A DNA stretch of 64,000 nt from the NCBI GenBank assembly GCA_964016885.1, contig OZ024742.1:360778001-360842000 (forward strand), written 5' to 3'. This document shows positions 15,001 through 30,000 of the stretch, in pieces. This stretch comes from Eledone cirrhosa (Eukaryota). The position numbers were made by a program, and so were the translations under genes. Below the pieces are notes generated by a model that saw nothing but the letters and a program-made list of their open reading frames with translations, was not told where the DNA came from and ran no database searches. Positions within the stretch are counted from its first letter, which is position 1. Every line of letters starts with the position of its first letter.

Positions 15001-18000
15001 CTGGTATAGTAGTGACTGTTATAGTAGAGACTGTTATAGTAGAGACTGGTATAGTAGAGACAGTTATAGTAGTGACTCTTATAGTAGAGACTGGTATAGT
15101 AGTGACTGGTATAGTAGAGACTGTTATAGTAGAGACTGTTATAGTAGAGAGTGTTATAGTAGAGACTGGTATAGTAGAGACTGTTATAGTAGTGACTGGT
15201 ATAGTAGTGACTGTTATAGTAGTGACTGGTATAGTAGTGACTGTTATAGTAGTGACTGTTATAGCAGTGACTGTTATAGTAGAGACTGTTATAGTAGAGA
15301 CTGGTATAGTAGAGACTGTTATAGCAGTGACTGTTATAGTAGAGACTGTTATAGTAGAGACTGTTTTAGTAGTGACTGTTATAGTAGAGACTGTTATAGT
15401 AGTGACTGTTATAGTAGAGACTGTTATAGTAGTGACTGGTATAGTAGTGACTGTTATAGTATTGACTGGTATAGTAGTGACTGTTATAGTAGTGACTGTT
15501 ATAGCAGTGACTGTTATAGTAGAGACTGTTATAGTAGAGACTGGTATAGTAGAGACTGTTATAGTAGTGACTGTTATAGTAGAGACTGTTATAGTAGTGA
15601 CTGTTATAGTAGAGACTTATAGTAGAGACTGGTATAGTAGTGACTGTTATAGTAGAAAGTGGTATAGTAGTGACTGTTATAGTAGTGAATGTTATAGTAG
15701 TGACTGTTATAGTAGTGACTGGTATAGTAGTGACTGTTATAGTAGAGACTGTTATAGTAGAGACTGGTATAGTAGAGACTGTTATAGTAGAGACCGGTAT
15801 AGTAGTGACTGGTATAGTAGTGACTGTTATAGTAGAGACTGTTATAGTAGAGACTGGTATAGTAGAGACAGTTATAGTAGTGACTCTTATAGTAGAGACT
15901 GGTATAGTAGTGACTGTTATAGTAGTGACTGTTATAGTAGAGACTGTTATAGTAGAGACTGGTATAGTAGAGACTGTTATAGTAGAGACTGTTATAGTAG
16001 TGACTGGTATAGTAGAGACTGTTATAGTAGAGACTGTTATAGTAGAGAGTGTTATAGTAGAGACTGGTATAGTAGAGACTGTTATAGTAGAGACTGTTAT
16101 AGTAGAGACTGTTATAGTAGTGACTGGTATAGTAGTGACTGTTATAGTAGTGACTGGTATAGTAGTGACTGTTATAGTAGTGACTGTTATAGCAGTGACT
16201 GTTATAGTAGAGACTGTTATAGTAGAGACTGGTATAGTAGAGACTGTTATAGCAGTGACTGTTATAGTAGAGACTGTTATAGTAGAGACTGTTTTAGTAG
16301 TGACTGTTATAGTAGAGACTGTTATAGTAGTGACTGTTATAGTAGAGACTGTTATAGTAGTGACTGGTATAGTAGTGACTGTTATAGTATTGACTGGTAT
16401 AGTAGTGACTGTTCTAGTAGTGACTGTTATAGCAGTGACTGTTATAGTAGAGACTGTTATAGTAGAGACTGGTATAGTAGAGACTGTTATAGTAGTGACT
16501 GTTATAGTAGTGACTGGTATAGTAGAGACTGTTATAGTAGTGACTGGTATAGTAGTGACTGTTATAGTAGTGACTGTTATAGTAGTGACTGTTATAGTAG
16601 AGACTGTTAGTGTAGAGACTGTTATAGTAGAGACTGTTATAGTAGAGACTGGTATAGTAGAGACTGGTATAGTAGAGACTGTTATGGTAGTGACTGGTAT
16701 AGTAGAGACTGTTATAGTAGAGACTGGTATAATAGTGACTGTTATAATAGTGACTGTTATAGTAGAGACTGGTATAATAGTGACTGTTATAGTAGAGACT
16801 GGTATAATAGTGACTGTTATAGTAGAGACTGTTATAGTAGAGACTGGTATAATAGTGACTGTTATAGTAGTGACTGTTATAGTAGAGACTGTTATAGTAG
16901 TGACTGTTATAGTAGTGACTGTTATAGTAGAGACTGTTATAGTAGAGACTGTTATAGTAGAGACTGGTATAGTAGTGACTGGTATAGTAGAGACTGGTAT
17001 AGTAGAGACTGGTATAGTAGAGTCTGGTATAGTAGAGATTGGTATAGTAGAGACTGGTATAGTAGAGACTGGTATAGTAGAGACTGTTATAGTAGAGACT
17101 GGTATATTAGAGACTGGTATAGTAGTGACTGTTATAGTAGAGACTGTTATAGTAGTGACTGGTATAGTAGAGACTGTTATAGTAGTGACTGTTATAGCAG
17201 AGACTGGTATAGTAGAGACTGTTATAGCAGTGACTGTTATAGTAGTGACTGTTATAGTAGAGACTGGTATAGTGGAGACTGGTATAGTAGAGACTGGTAT
17301 AGTAGAGACTGTTATAGTAGAGACTGTTATAGTAGTGACTGTTATAGTAGTGACTGTTATAGTAGAGACTGTTATAGTAGAGACTGGTATAGTAGAGACT
17401 GTTATAGTAGAGACTGGTATAGTAGTGACTGGTATAGTAGAGACTGTTATAGTAGAGACTGGTATAGTAGAGACTGGTATAGTAGAGACTGTTATTGTAG
17501 TGACTGTTATAGTAGAGACTGTTATAGTAGAGACTGGTATAGTAGTGACTGTTATAGTAGAGACTGTTATAGTAGAGACTGTTATAGTGGTGACTGGTAT
17601 AGTAGACTGTTATAGTAGTGACTGTTATAGTAGAGACTGGTATAGTAGATACTGTTATAGCAGTGACTGGTATAGTAGAGACTGTTATAGTAGAGACTGT
17701 TATCGTAGAGACTGTTATAGTAGTGACTGGTATAGTAGTGACTGGTATAGTAGAGACTGGTATAGTAGTGACTGTTATAGTAGTGACTGTTATAGTAGTG
17801 ACTGTTATAGTAGAGACTGGTATAGTAGAGACTGGTATAGTAGTGACTGGTATAGTAGAGACTGTTATAGTAGAGACTGTTATAGTAGAGACTGTTATAG
17901 TAGAGACTGTTATAGTAGTGACTGTTATAGTAGAGACTGTTATAGTAGTGACTGTTATAGTAGAGACTGTTATAGTAGTGACTGTTATAGTAGAGACTGT

Positions 18001-21000
18001 TATAGTAGAGACTGGTATAGTAGTGACTGGTATAGTAGAGACTGGTATAATAGTGACTGTTATAGTAGAGACTGTTATAGTAGAGACTGTTATAGTAGAG
18101 ACTGTTATAGTAGTGACTGTTATAGTAGAGACTGTTATAGTAGAGACTGGTATAGTAGTGACTGTTATAGTAGAGACTGGTATAATTGTGACTGTTATAG
18201 TAGAGACTGGTATAATAGTGACTGTTATAATAGTGACTGTTATAGTAGAGACTGGTATAATAGTGACTGTTATAGTAGAGACTGGTATAATAGTGACTGT
18301 TATAGTAGAGACTGGTATAATAGTGACTGTTATAGTAGTGACTGTTATAGTAGAGACTGTTATAGTAGTGACTGTTATAGTAGAGACTGGTATAGTAGAG
18401 ACTGTTATAGTAGAGACTGTTATAGTAGAGACTGGTACAGTAGAGACTGGTATAGTAGAGACTGTTATAGTAGAGACTGGTATAGTAGTGACTGTTATAG
18501 TAGAGACTGGTATAGTAGAGACTGTTATAGTAGTGACTGGTATAGTAGTGACTGGTATAGTAGTGACTGTTATAGTAGAGACTGGTATAGTAGTGACTGT
18601 TATAGTAGAGACTGTTATAGTAGTGACTGTTATAGTAGAGACTGTTATAGTAGTGACTGGTATAGTAGTGACTGTTATAGTAGAGACTGTTATAGTAGAG
18701 ACTGGTATAGTAGAGACTGTTATAGTAGTGACTGTTATAGTAGAGACTGGTATAGTAGTGACTGGTATAGTAGTGACTGTTATAGTAGAGACTGTTATAG
18801 TAGAGACTGTTATAGTAGTGACTGTTATAGTAGTGACTGTTATAGTAGTGACTGTTATAGTAGTGACTGTTATAGTAGAGACTGGTATAGTAGTGACTGT
18901 TATAGTAGTGACTGTTATAGTAGTGACTGTTATAGTAGAGTCTGTTATAGTAGTGACTGTTATAGTAGAGACTTATAGTAGAGACTGGTATAGTAGTGAC
19001 TGTTATAGTAGAAAGTGGTATAGTAGTGACTGTTATAGTAGTGACTGTTATAGTAGTGACTGGTATAGTAGTGACTGTTATAGTAGAGACTGTTATAGTA
19101 GAGACTGGTATAGTAGAGACTGTTATAGTAGAGACTGGTATAGTAGTGACTGGTATAGTAGTGACTGTTATAGTAGAGACTGTTATAGTAGAGACTGGTA
19201 TAGTAGAGACAGTTATAGTAGTGACTCTTATAGTAGAGACTGGTATAGTAGTGACTGTTATAGTAGTGACTGTTATAGTAGAGACTGTTATAGTAGAGAC
19301 TGGTATAGTAGAGACTGTTATAGTAGAGACTGTTATAGTAGTGACTGGTATAGTAGAGACTGTTATAGTAGAGACTGTTATAGTAGAGAGTGTTATAGTA
19401 GAGACTGGTATAGTAGAGACTGTTATAGTAGTGACTGGTATAGTAGTGACTGTTATAGTAGTGACTGGTATAGTAGTGACTGTTATAGTAGTGACTGTTA
19501 TAGCAGTGACTGTTATAGTAGAGACTGTTATAGTAGAGACTGGTATAGTAGAGACTGTTATAGCAGTGACTGTTATAGTAGAGACTGTTATAGTAGAGAC
19601 TGTTTTAGTAGTGACTGTTATAGTAGAGACTGTTATAGTAGTGACTGTTATAGTAGAGACTGTTATAGTAGTGACTGGTATAGTAGTGACTGTTATAGTA
19701 TTGACTGGTATAGTAGTGACTGTTATAGCAGTGACTGTTATAGTAGAGACTGTTATAGTAGAGACTGGTATAGTAGAGACTGTTATAGTAGTGACTGTTA
19801 TAGTAGAGACTGTTATAGTAGTGACTGGTATAGTAGAGACTGGTATAGTAGTGACTGTTATAGTAGTGACTGTTATAGTAGTGACTGTTATAGTAGAGAC
19901 TGTTATAGTAGAGACTGTTATAGTAGAGACTGTTATAGTAGAGACTGGTATAGTAGAGACTGGTATAGTAGAGACTGTTATGGTAGTGACTGTTATAGTA
20001 GTGACTGGTATAGTAGAGACTGTTATAGTAGAGACTGTTATAGTAGAGACTGGTATAATAGTGACTGTTATAATAGTGACTGTTATAGTAGAGACTGGTA
20101 TAATAGTGACTGTTATAGTAGAGACTGGTATAATAGTGACTGTTATAGTAGAGACTGTTATAGTAGAGACTGGTATAATAGTGACTGTTATAGTAGTGAC
20201 TGTTATAGTAGAGACTGTTATAGTAGTGACTGTTATAGTAGAGACTGTTATAGTAGAGACTGGTATAGTAGAGACTGGTATAGTAGTGACTGGTATAGTA
20301 GAGACTGGTATAGTAGAGACTGGTATAGTAGAGTCTGGTATAGTAGAGACTGGTATAGTAGAGACTGTTATAGTAGAGACTGTTATAGTAGTGACTGGTA
20401 TAGTAGAGACTGTTATAGTAGTGACTGTTATAGCAGAGACTGGTATAGTAGAGACTGTTATAGCAGTGACTGTTATAGTAGTGACTGTTATAGTAGAGAC
20501 TGGTATAGTGGAGACTGGTATAGTAGAGACTGGTATAGTAGAGACTGTTATAGTAGAGACTGTTATAGTAGTGACTGTTATGGTAGTGACTGTTATAGTA
20601 GAGACTGTTATAGTAGAGACTGGTATAGTAGAGACTGTTATAGTAGAGACTGGTATAGTAGAGACTGTTATAGTAGAGACTGGTATAGTAGAGACTGTTA
20701 TAGTAGAGACTGTTATTGTAGTGACTGTTATAGTAGTGACTGTTATAGTAGAGACTGGTATAGTAGTGACTGGTATAGTAGTGACTGTTATAGTAGAGAC
20801 TGTTATAGTAGAGACTGTTATAGCAGTGACTGTTATAGTAGTGACTGTTATAGTAGTGACTGTTATAGTAGTGACTGTTATAGTAGAGACTGGTATAGTA
20901 GTGACTGTTATAGTAGTGACTGTTATAGTAGTGACTGTTATAGTAGAGACTGTTATAGTAGTGACTGTTATAGTAGAGACTTATAGTAGAGACTGGTATA

Positions 21001-24000
21001 GTAGTGACTGTTATAGTAGAAAGTGGTATAGTAGTGACTGTTATAGTAGTGACTGTTATAGTAGTGACTGGTATAGTAGTGACTGTTATAGTAGAGACTG
21101 TTATAGTAGAGACTGGTATAGTAGAGACTGTTATAGTAGAGACTGGTATAGTAGTGACTGGTATAGTAGTGACTGTTATAGTAGAGACTGTTATAGTAGA
21201 GACTGGTATAGTAGAGACTGTTATAGTAGTGACTGTTATAGTAGAGACTGGTATAGTAGTGACTGGTATAGTAGTGACTGTTATAGTAGAGACTGTTATA
21301 GTAGAGACTGTTATAGTAGTGACTGTTATAGTAGTGACTGTTATAGTAGTGACTGTTATAGTAGTGACTGTTATAGTAGAGACTGGTATAGTAGTGACTG
21401 TTATAGTAGTGACTGTTATAGTAGTGACTGTTATAGTAGAGACTGTTATAGTAGTGACTGTTATAGTAGAGACTTATAGTAGAGACTGGTATAGTAGTGA
21501 CTGTTATAGTAGTGACTGTTATAGTAGTGACTGGTATAGTAGTGACTGTTATAGTAGAGACTGTTATAGTAGAGACTGGTATAGTAGAGACTGTTATAGT
21601 AGAGACTGGTATAGTAGTGACTGGTATAGTAGTGACTGTTATAGTAGAGACTGTTATAGTAGAGACTGGTATAGTAGAGACAGTTATAGTAGTGACTCTT
21701 ATAGTAGAGACTGGTATAGTAGTGACTGTTATAGTAGTGACTGTTATAGTAGAGACTGTTATAGTAGAGACTGGTATAGTAGAGACTGTTATAGTAGAGA
21801 CTGTTATAGTAGTGACTGGTATAGTAGAGACTGTTATAGTAGAGACTGTTATAGTAGAGAGTGTTATAGTAGAGACTGGTATAGTAGAGACTGTTATAGT
21901 AGTGACTGGTATAGTAGTGACTGTTATAGTAGTGACTGGTATAGTAGTGACTGTTATAGCAGTGACTGTTATAGCAGTGACTGTTATAGTAGAGACTGTT
22001 ATAGTAGAGACTGGTATAGTAGAGACTGTTATAGCAGTGACTGTTATAGTAGAGACTGTTATAGTAGAGACTGTTTTAGTAGTGACTGTTATAGTAGAGA
22101 CTGTTATAGTAGTGACTGTTATAGTAGAGACTGTTATAGTAGTGACTGGTATAGTAGTGACTGTTATAGTATTGACTGGTATAGTAGTGACTGTTATAGT
22201 AGTGACTGTTATAGCAGTGACTGTTATAGTAGAGACTGTTATAGTAGAGACTGGTATAGTAGAGACTGTTATAGTAGTGACTGTTATAGTAGAGACTGTT
22301 ATAGTAGTGACTGGTATAGTAGAGACTGTTATAGTAGTGACTGGTATAGTAGTGACTGTTATAGTAGTGACTGTTATAGTAGTGACTGTTATAGTAGAGA
22401 CTGTTATAGTAGAGACTGTTATAGTAGAGACTGTTATAGTAGAGACTGGTATAGTAGAGACTGGTATAGTAGAGACTGTTATGGTAGTGACTGTTATAGT
22501 AGTGACTGGTATAGTAGAGACTGTTATAGTAGAGACTGTTATAGTAGAGACTGGTATAATAGTGACTGTTATAATAGTGACTGTTATAGTAGAGACTGGT
22601 ATAATAGTGACTGTTATAGTAGAGACTGGTATAATAGTGACTGTTATAGTAGAGACTCTTATAGTAGAGACTGGTATAATAGTGACTGTTATAGTAGTGA
22701 CTGTTATAGTAGAGACTGTTATAGTAGTGACTGTTATAGTAGTGACTGTTATAGTAGAGACTGTTATAGTAGAGACTGGTATAGTAGAGACTGGTATAGT
22801 AGTGACTGGTATAGTAGAGACTGGTATAGTAGAGACTAGTATAGTAGAGTCTGGTATAGTAGAGACTGGTATAGTAGAGACTGTTATAGTAGAGACTGTT
22901 ATAGTAGTGACTGTTATAGTAGAGACTGGTATAGTAGAGACTGGTATAGTAGAGACTGGTATAGTAGAGACTGTTATAGTAGAGACTGGTATAGTAGAGA
23001 CTGGTATAGTAGTGACTGTTATAGTAGAGACTGTTATAGTAGTGACTGGTATAGTAGAGACTGTTATAGTAGTGACTGTTATAGCAGAGACTGGTATAGT
23101 AGAGACTGTTATAGCAGTGACTGTTATAGTAGTGACTGTTATAGTAGAGACTGGTATAGTGGAGACTGGTATAGTAGAGACTGGTATAGTAGAGACTGTT
23201 ATAGTAGAGACTGTTATAGTAGTGACTGTTATGGTAGTGACTGTTATAGTAGAGACTGTTATAGTAGAGACTGGTATAGTAGAGACTGTTATAGTAGAGA
23301 CTGGTATAGTAGAGACTGTTATAGTAGAGACTGGTATAGTAGAGACTGTTATAGTAGAGACTGTTATTGTAGTGACTGTTATAGTAGAGACTGTTATAGT
23401 AGAGACTGGTATAGTAGTGACTGTTATAGTAGTGACTGTTATAGTAGAGACTGGTATAGTAGAGACTGTTATAGTAGAGACTGGTATAGTAGTGAGTGTT
23501 ATAGTAGTGACTGGTATAGTAGAGACTGTTATAGTAGAGACTGTTATAGTAGTGACTGTTATAGTAGAGACTGTTATAGTAGAGACTGGTATAGTAGTGA
23601 CTGTTATAGTAGAGACTGGTATAGTAGTGACTGTTATAGTAGTGACTGGTATAGTAGTGACTGTTATAGTAGAGACTGTTATAGTAGAGACTGGTATAGT
23701 AGAGACTGTTATAGTAGTGACTGTTATAGTAGAGACTGGTATAGTAGTGACTGGTATAGTAGTGACTGTTATAGTAGAGACTGTTATAGTAGAGACTGGT
23801 ATAGTAGAGACTGTTATAGTAGTGACTCTTATAGTAGAGACTGATATAGTAGTGACTGTTATAGTAGTGACTGTTATAGTAGAGACTGTTATAGTAGAGA
23901 CTGGTATAGTAGAGACTGTTATAGTAGAGACCGTTATAGTAGTGACTGGTATAGTAGAGACTGTTATAGTAGAGACTGTTATAGTAGAGACTGTTATAGT

Positions 24001-27000
24001 AGAGACTGGTATAGTAGAGACTGTTATAGCAGTGACTGTTATAGTAGAGACTGTTATAGTAGAGACTGTTTTAGTAGTGACTGTTATAGTAGAGACTGTT
24101 ATAGTAGTGACTGTTATAGTAGAGACTGTTATAGTAGTGACTGGTATAGTAGTGACTGTTATAGTAGTGACTGGTATAGTAGTGACTGTTATAGTAGTGA
24201 CTGTTATAGCAGTGACTGTTATAGTAGAGACTGTTATAGTAGAGACTGGTATAGTAGAGACTGTTATAGTAGTGACTGTTATAGTAGAGACTGTTATAGT
24301 AGTGACTGGTATAGTAGTGACTGTTATAGTAGTGACTGTTATAGTAGTGACTGTTATAGTAGAGACTGTTATAGTAGTGACTGTTATAGTAGAGACTGTT
24401 ATAGTAGAGACTGTTATAGTAGAGACTGTTATAGTAGAGACTGTTATAGTAGAGACTGTTATAGTAGAGACTGTTATAGTAGTGAGTGGTATAGTAGAGA
24501 CTGTTATAGTAGTGACTGTTATAGTAGAGACTGTTATAGCAGTGACTGGTATAGTAGTGACTGTTATAGTAGTGACTGTTATAGTAGAGACTGGTATAAT
24601 AGTGACTGTTATAGTAGTGACTGTTATAGTAGAGACTGTTATAGTAGAGACTGTTATAGTAGTGACTGTTATAGTAGAGACTGATATAATAGTGACTGTT
24701 ATACTAGAGACTGTTATAGTAGAGACTGGTATAGTAGTGACTGTTATAGAAGAGACTGGTATAATAGTGACTGTTATAGTAGTGACTGTTATAGTAGAGA
24801 CTGGTATAGTAGTGACTGTTATAGTAGTGACTGGTATAGTAGTGACTGGTATAGTAGTGACTGGTATAGTAGAGACTGTTATAGTAGAGACTGGTATTGT
24901 AGAGACTGTTATAGTAGTGAATGTTATAGTAGTGACTGTTATAGTAGTGACTTGTATAGTAGAGACTGTTATAGTAGAGACTGTTATAGTAGAGACTGGT
25001 ATAGTAGAGACTGTTATAGTAGTGACTGTTATAGTAGAGACTGTTATAGTAGAGACTGTTATAGTAGAGACTGTTATAGTAGAGACTGTTATAGTAGTGA
25101 CTGTTATAGTAGAGACTGTTATAGTAGAGACTGGTATAGTAGTGACTATTATAGTAGAGACTGGTATAGTAGTGACTGTTATAGTAGTGACTGTTATAGT
25201 AGTGACTGTTATAGTAGTGACTGGTATAGTAGTGACTGTTATAGTAGAGACTGTTATAGTAGAGACTGGTATAGTAGAGACTGTTATAGTAGTGACTGTT
25301 ATAGTAGAGACTGGTATAGTAGTGACTGGTATAGTAGTGACTGTTATAGTAGAGACTGTTATATTAGAGACTCGTATAGTAGAGACTGTTATAGTAGTGA
25401 CTCTTATAGTAGAGACTGGTATAGTAGTGACTGTTATAGTAGAGACTGTTATAGTAGAGACTGGTATAGTAGAGGCTGTTATAGTAGAGACCGTTATAGT
25501 AGTGACTGCTATAGTAGAGACTGTTATAGTAGAGACTGTTATAGTAGAGACTGGTATGGTAGAGACTGTTATAGTAGAGACTGTTATAGTAGAGACTGGT
25601 ATAGTAGAGACTGTTATAGCAGTGACTGTTATAGCAGTGACTGTTATAGTAGAGACTGTTATAGTAGAGACTGTTTTAGTAGTGACTGTTATAGTAGAGA
25701 CTGGTATAGTAGTGACTGTTATAGTAGTGACTGGTATAGTAGTGACTGTTATAGTAGTGACTGTTATAGTAGTGACTGGTATAGTAGAGACTCTTATAGT
25801 AGTGACTGGTATAGTAGTGACTGTTATAGTAGTGACTGTTATAATAGTGACTGTTATAGTAGAGACTGTTATAGTAGTGACTGTTATAGTAGAGACTGTT
25901 ATAGTAGAGACTGTTATAGTAGAGACTGTTATAGTAGAGACTGGTATGGTAGAGACTGTTATAGTAGAGACTGTTATAGTAGAGACTGTTATAGTAGTGA
26001 CTGGTATAGTAGAGACTGTTATAGTAGAGACTGTTATAGTAGAGGCTGTTATAGTAGAGACTGTTATAGTAGTGAGTGGTATAGTAGAGACTTTTATAGT
26101 AGTGACTGTTATAGTAGAGACTGTTATAGCAGTGACTGGTATAGTAGAGACTGGTATAGTAGTGACTGTTATAGTAGTGACTGTTATAGTAGTGACTGTT
26201 ATAGTAGAGACTGTTATAGTAGAGACTGTTATAGTAGTGATTGTTATAGTAGTGACTGTTATAGTAGAGACTGGTATAATAGTGACTGTTATAGTAGAGA
26301 CTGTTATAGTAGAGACTGGTATAGTAGTGACTGTTTTAGAAGAGACTGGTATAATAGTGACTGTTATAGTAGTGACTGTTATAGTAGAGACTGGTATAAT
26401 AGTGACTGTTATAGTAGAGACTGTTATAGTAGAGACTGGTATAGCAGTGACTGTTATGGCAGTGACTGTTATAGTAGAGACTGGTATAGTAGTGACTGTT
26501 ATAGTAGTGACTGGTATAGTAGTGACTGGTATAATAGTGACTTTTATAGTAGAAACTGGTATAGTAGTGACTGGTATAGTAGAGACTGTTATAGTAGTGA
26601 CTTGTATAGTAGAGACTGTTATAGTAGAGACTGCTATAGTAGTGACCGTTATAGTAGAGACTGTTATAGTAGTGACTGTTATAATAGAGACTGGTATAGT
26701 AGAGACTGTTATAGTAGAGACTGTTATAGTAGTGACTGTTATAGTAGTGACTGTTATAGTAGAGACTGGTATAGTAGAGACTGTTATAGCAGTGACTATT
26801 ATAGTAGAGACTGTTACAGTAGAGACTGGTATAGTAGAGACTGTTATAGTAGTGACTGTTATAGTAGAGACTGTTATAGTAGAGACTGTTATAGTAGAGA
26901 CTGTTATAGTAGAGACTGGTATAGTAGAGACTGTTATAGTAGTGACTGTTATAGTAGAGACTGTTATAGTAGAGACTGTTATAGTAGAGACTGTTATAGT

Positions 27001-30000
27001 AGTGACTGTTATAGTAGTGACTGTTATAGTAGAGACTGTTATAGTAGAGACTGTTATAGTAGAGACTGTTATAGTAGAGACTGTTATAGTAGAGACTGGT
27101 ATAGTAGAGACTGTTATAGTAGTGACTGTTATAGTAGAGACTGTTATAGTAGAGACTGTTATAGTAGTGACTGGTATAGTAGAGACTGTTATAGTAGTGA
27201 CTGTTATAGTAGAGACTGGTATAGTAGTGACTGTTATAGTAGAGACTGTTATAGTAGTGATTGTTATAGTAGTGACTGTTATAGTAGTGACTGTTATAGT
27301 AGAGACTGGTATAATAGTGACTGTTATAGTAGAGACTGGTATAGTAGAGACTGGTATAGCAGTGACTGTTATAGTAGTGACTGGTATAGTAGTGACTGTT
27401 ATAGTAGAGACTGTTATAGTAGAGACTGTTATAGTAGAGACTGGTATAGTAGTGACTGTTATAGTAGAGACTGTTATAGTAGAGACTGTTATAGTAGTGA
27501 CTGTTATAGTAGTGACTGTTATAGTAGAGACTGTTATAGTAGAGACTGGTATAATAGTGACTGTTATAGTAGTGACTGTTATAGTAGTGACTGGTATAGT
27601 AGAGACTGTTATAGTAGTGACTGTTATAGTAGAGACTGGTATAGTAGTGACTGTTATAGTAGAGACTGTTATAGTAGTGACTTTTATAGTAGAGACTGTT
27701 ATAGTAGTGACTGTTATAGTAGAGACTGTTATAGTAGAGACTGGTATAATAGTGACTGTTATAGTAGTGACTGTTATAGTAGAGACTGGTATAATAGTGA
27801 CTGTTATAGTAGAGACTGTTATAGTAGAGACTGGTATAATAGTGACTGTTATAGTAGAGACTGGTATACTAGTGACTGTTATAGTAGAGACTGTTATAGT
27901 AGAGACTGGAATAATAGTGACTGTTATAGTAGAGACTGTTATAGTAGAGACTGGTATAATAGTGACTGTTATAGTAGAGACTGTTATAGTAGAGACTGGT
28001 ATAATAGTGACTGTTATAGTAGTGACTGTTATAGTAGTGACTGTTATAGTAGAGACTGTTATAGTAGAGTCTGTTATAGTAGTGACTGGTATAGTAGAGA
28101 CTGTTATAGTAGTGACTGTTATAGTAGAGACTGGTATAGTAGTGACTGGTATAGTAGTGACTGGTATAGTAGAGAATGTTATAGTAGTGACTGGTATAGT
28201 AGTGACTGGTATAGTAGTGACTGTTATAGTAGAGACTGTTATAGTAGTGACTGTTATAGTAGTGACTGTTATAGTAGAGATTGTTATAGTAGAGACTGGT
28301 ATAATAGTGACTGTTATTGTAGTGACTGTTATAGTAGAGACTGTTATAGTAGTGACTGTTATAGTAGAGACTGGTATAGTAGTGACTGGTATAGTAGTGA
28401 CTGGTATAGTAGTGACTGGTATAGTAGTGACTGGTATAGTAGTGACTGTTATAGTAGTGACTGTTATAGTAGAGACTGTTATAGTAGTGACTGGTATAGT
28501 AGTGACTGTTCTAGTAGAGACTGTTATAGTAGTGACTGGTATAGTAGTGACTGGTATAGTAGAGACTGTTATAGTAGTGACTGTTATAGTAGAGACTGTT
28601 ATAGTAGAGACTGTTATAGTAGTGACTGGTATAGTAGTGACTGTTATACCAGTGACTTTTATAGTAGAGACTGGTATAATAGTGACTGTTATAGTAGTGA
28701 CTGTTATAGTAGTGACTGGTATAGCAGTGACTGTTATAGTAGAGACTGTTATAGTCTGTTATAGTAGAGACTGTTATAGTAGTGACTGTTATAGTAGTGA
28801 CTGTTATAGTAGGTGACTGTTATAGTAGAGACTGTATAGTAGTGACTGTTATAGTAGAGACTGTTATAGTAGTGACTGTTATAGTAGAGACTGTTATAGT
28901 AGAGACTGTATAGTAGAGACTGTTATAGTAGAGACTGTTATTAGTAGAGACTGTATAGTAGTGACTGTTATAGTAGTGACTGTTATAGTAGAGATGTTTA
29001 TAGTAGAGACTGTTATAGTAGTGACTGTTTATAGTAGTGACTGTATAGTAGTGACTGTTATAGTAAGACTGTTATAGTAGTGACTGTATAGTAGAGACTG
29101 TTATAGAGACTGTTATAGTAGTGACTGTATAGTAGAGACTGTTATTAGTAGGACTGGTATAGTAGTGACTGTTATAGTAGTGACTGTTATAGTAGAGACT
29201 GTTATAGTAGTGACTGTTATAGTAGAGACTGTTATAGTAGTGACTGGTATAGTAGTGACTGTTATAGTAGTGACTGGTATAGTAGGACTGTTATAGTAGA
29301 GACTGTTATAGTAGTGACTGTATAGTAGTGACTGTTATAGTAGAGACTGTTATAGTAGAGACTGGTATATAGTGACTGTTATAGTAGAGACTGTTATAGT
29401 AGAGACTGGTATAGTAGTGACTGTTATAGTAGTGACTGGTATAGTAGTGACTGTTATAGTAGTGACTGGTTAGTAGAGACTGTTATAGTAGAGACTGTTT
29501 AGTAGAGACTGTTATAGTAGTGACTGGTATAGTAGTGACTGTTATAGAAGAGACTGGTTATAGTAGAGGACTGTTATAGTAGTGACTGGTATAGTAGTGA
29601 CTGTTATAGTAGAGACTGTTATAGTAGAGACTGGTATAGTAGTGACTGTTATAGTAGAGACTGGTATAGTAGTGACTGTTATATAGTGACTGTTATAGTA
29701 GAGACTGTTATAGTAGTGACTGTTATAGTAGAGACTGGTATAGTAGTGACTGTTAATAGTAGAGACTGTTATAGTAGTGACTCTTATAGTAGAGACTGTT
29801 ATAGTAGTGACTGTTATAGTAGAGACTGTTATAGTAGAGACTGTTGTAGTGACTGGTATAGTAGTGACTGTTATAGTAGAGACTGTTATAGTAGAGACTG
29901 GTATAGTAGTGACTGGTATAGTAGTGACTGGTATAGTAGTGACTGTTATAGTAGAGACTGTTATAGTAGAGACTGTTATAGTAGTGACTGGTATAGTAGT

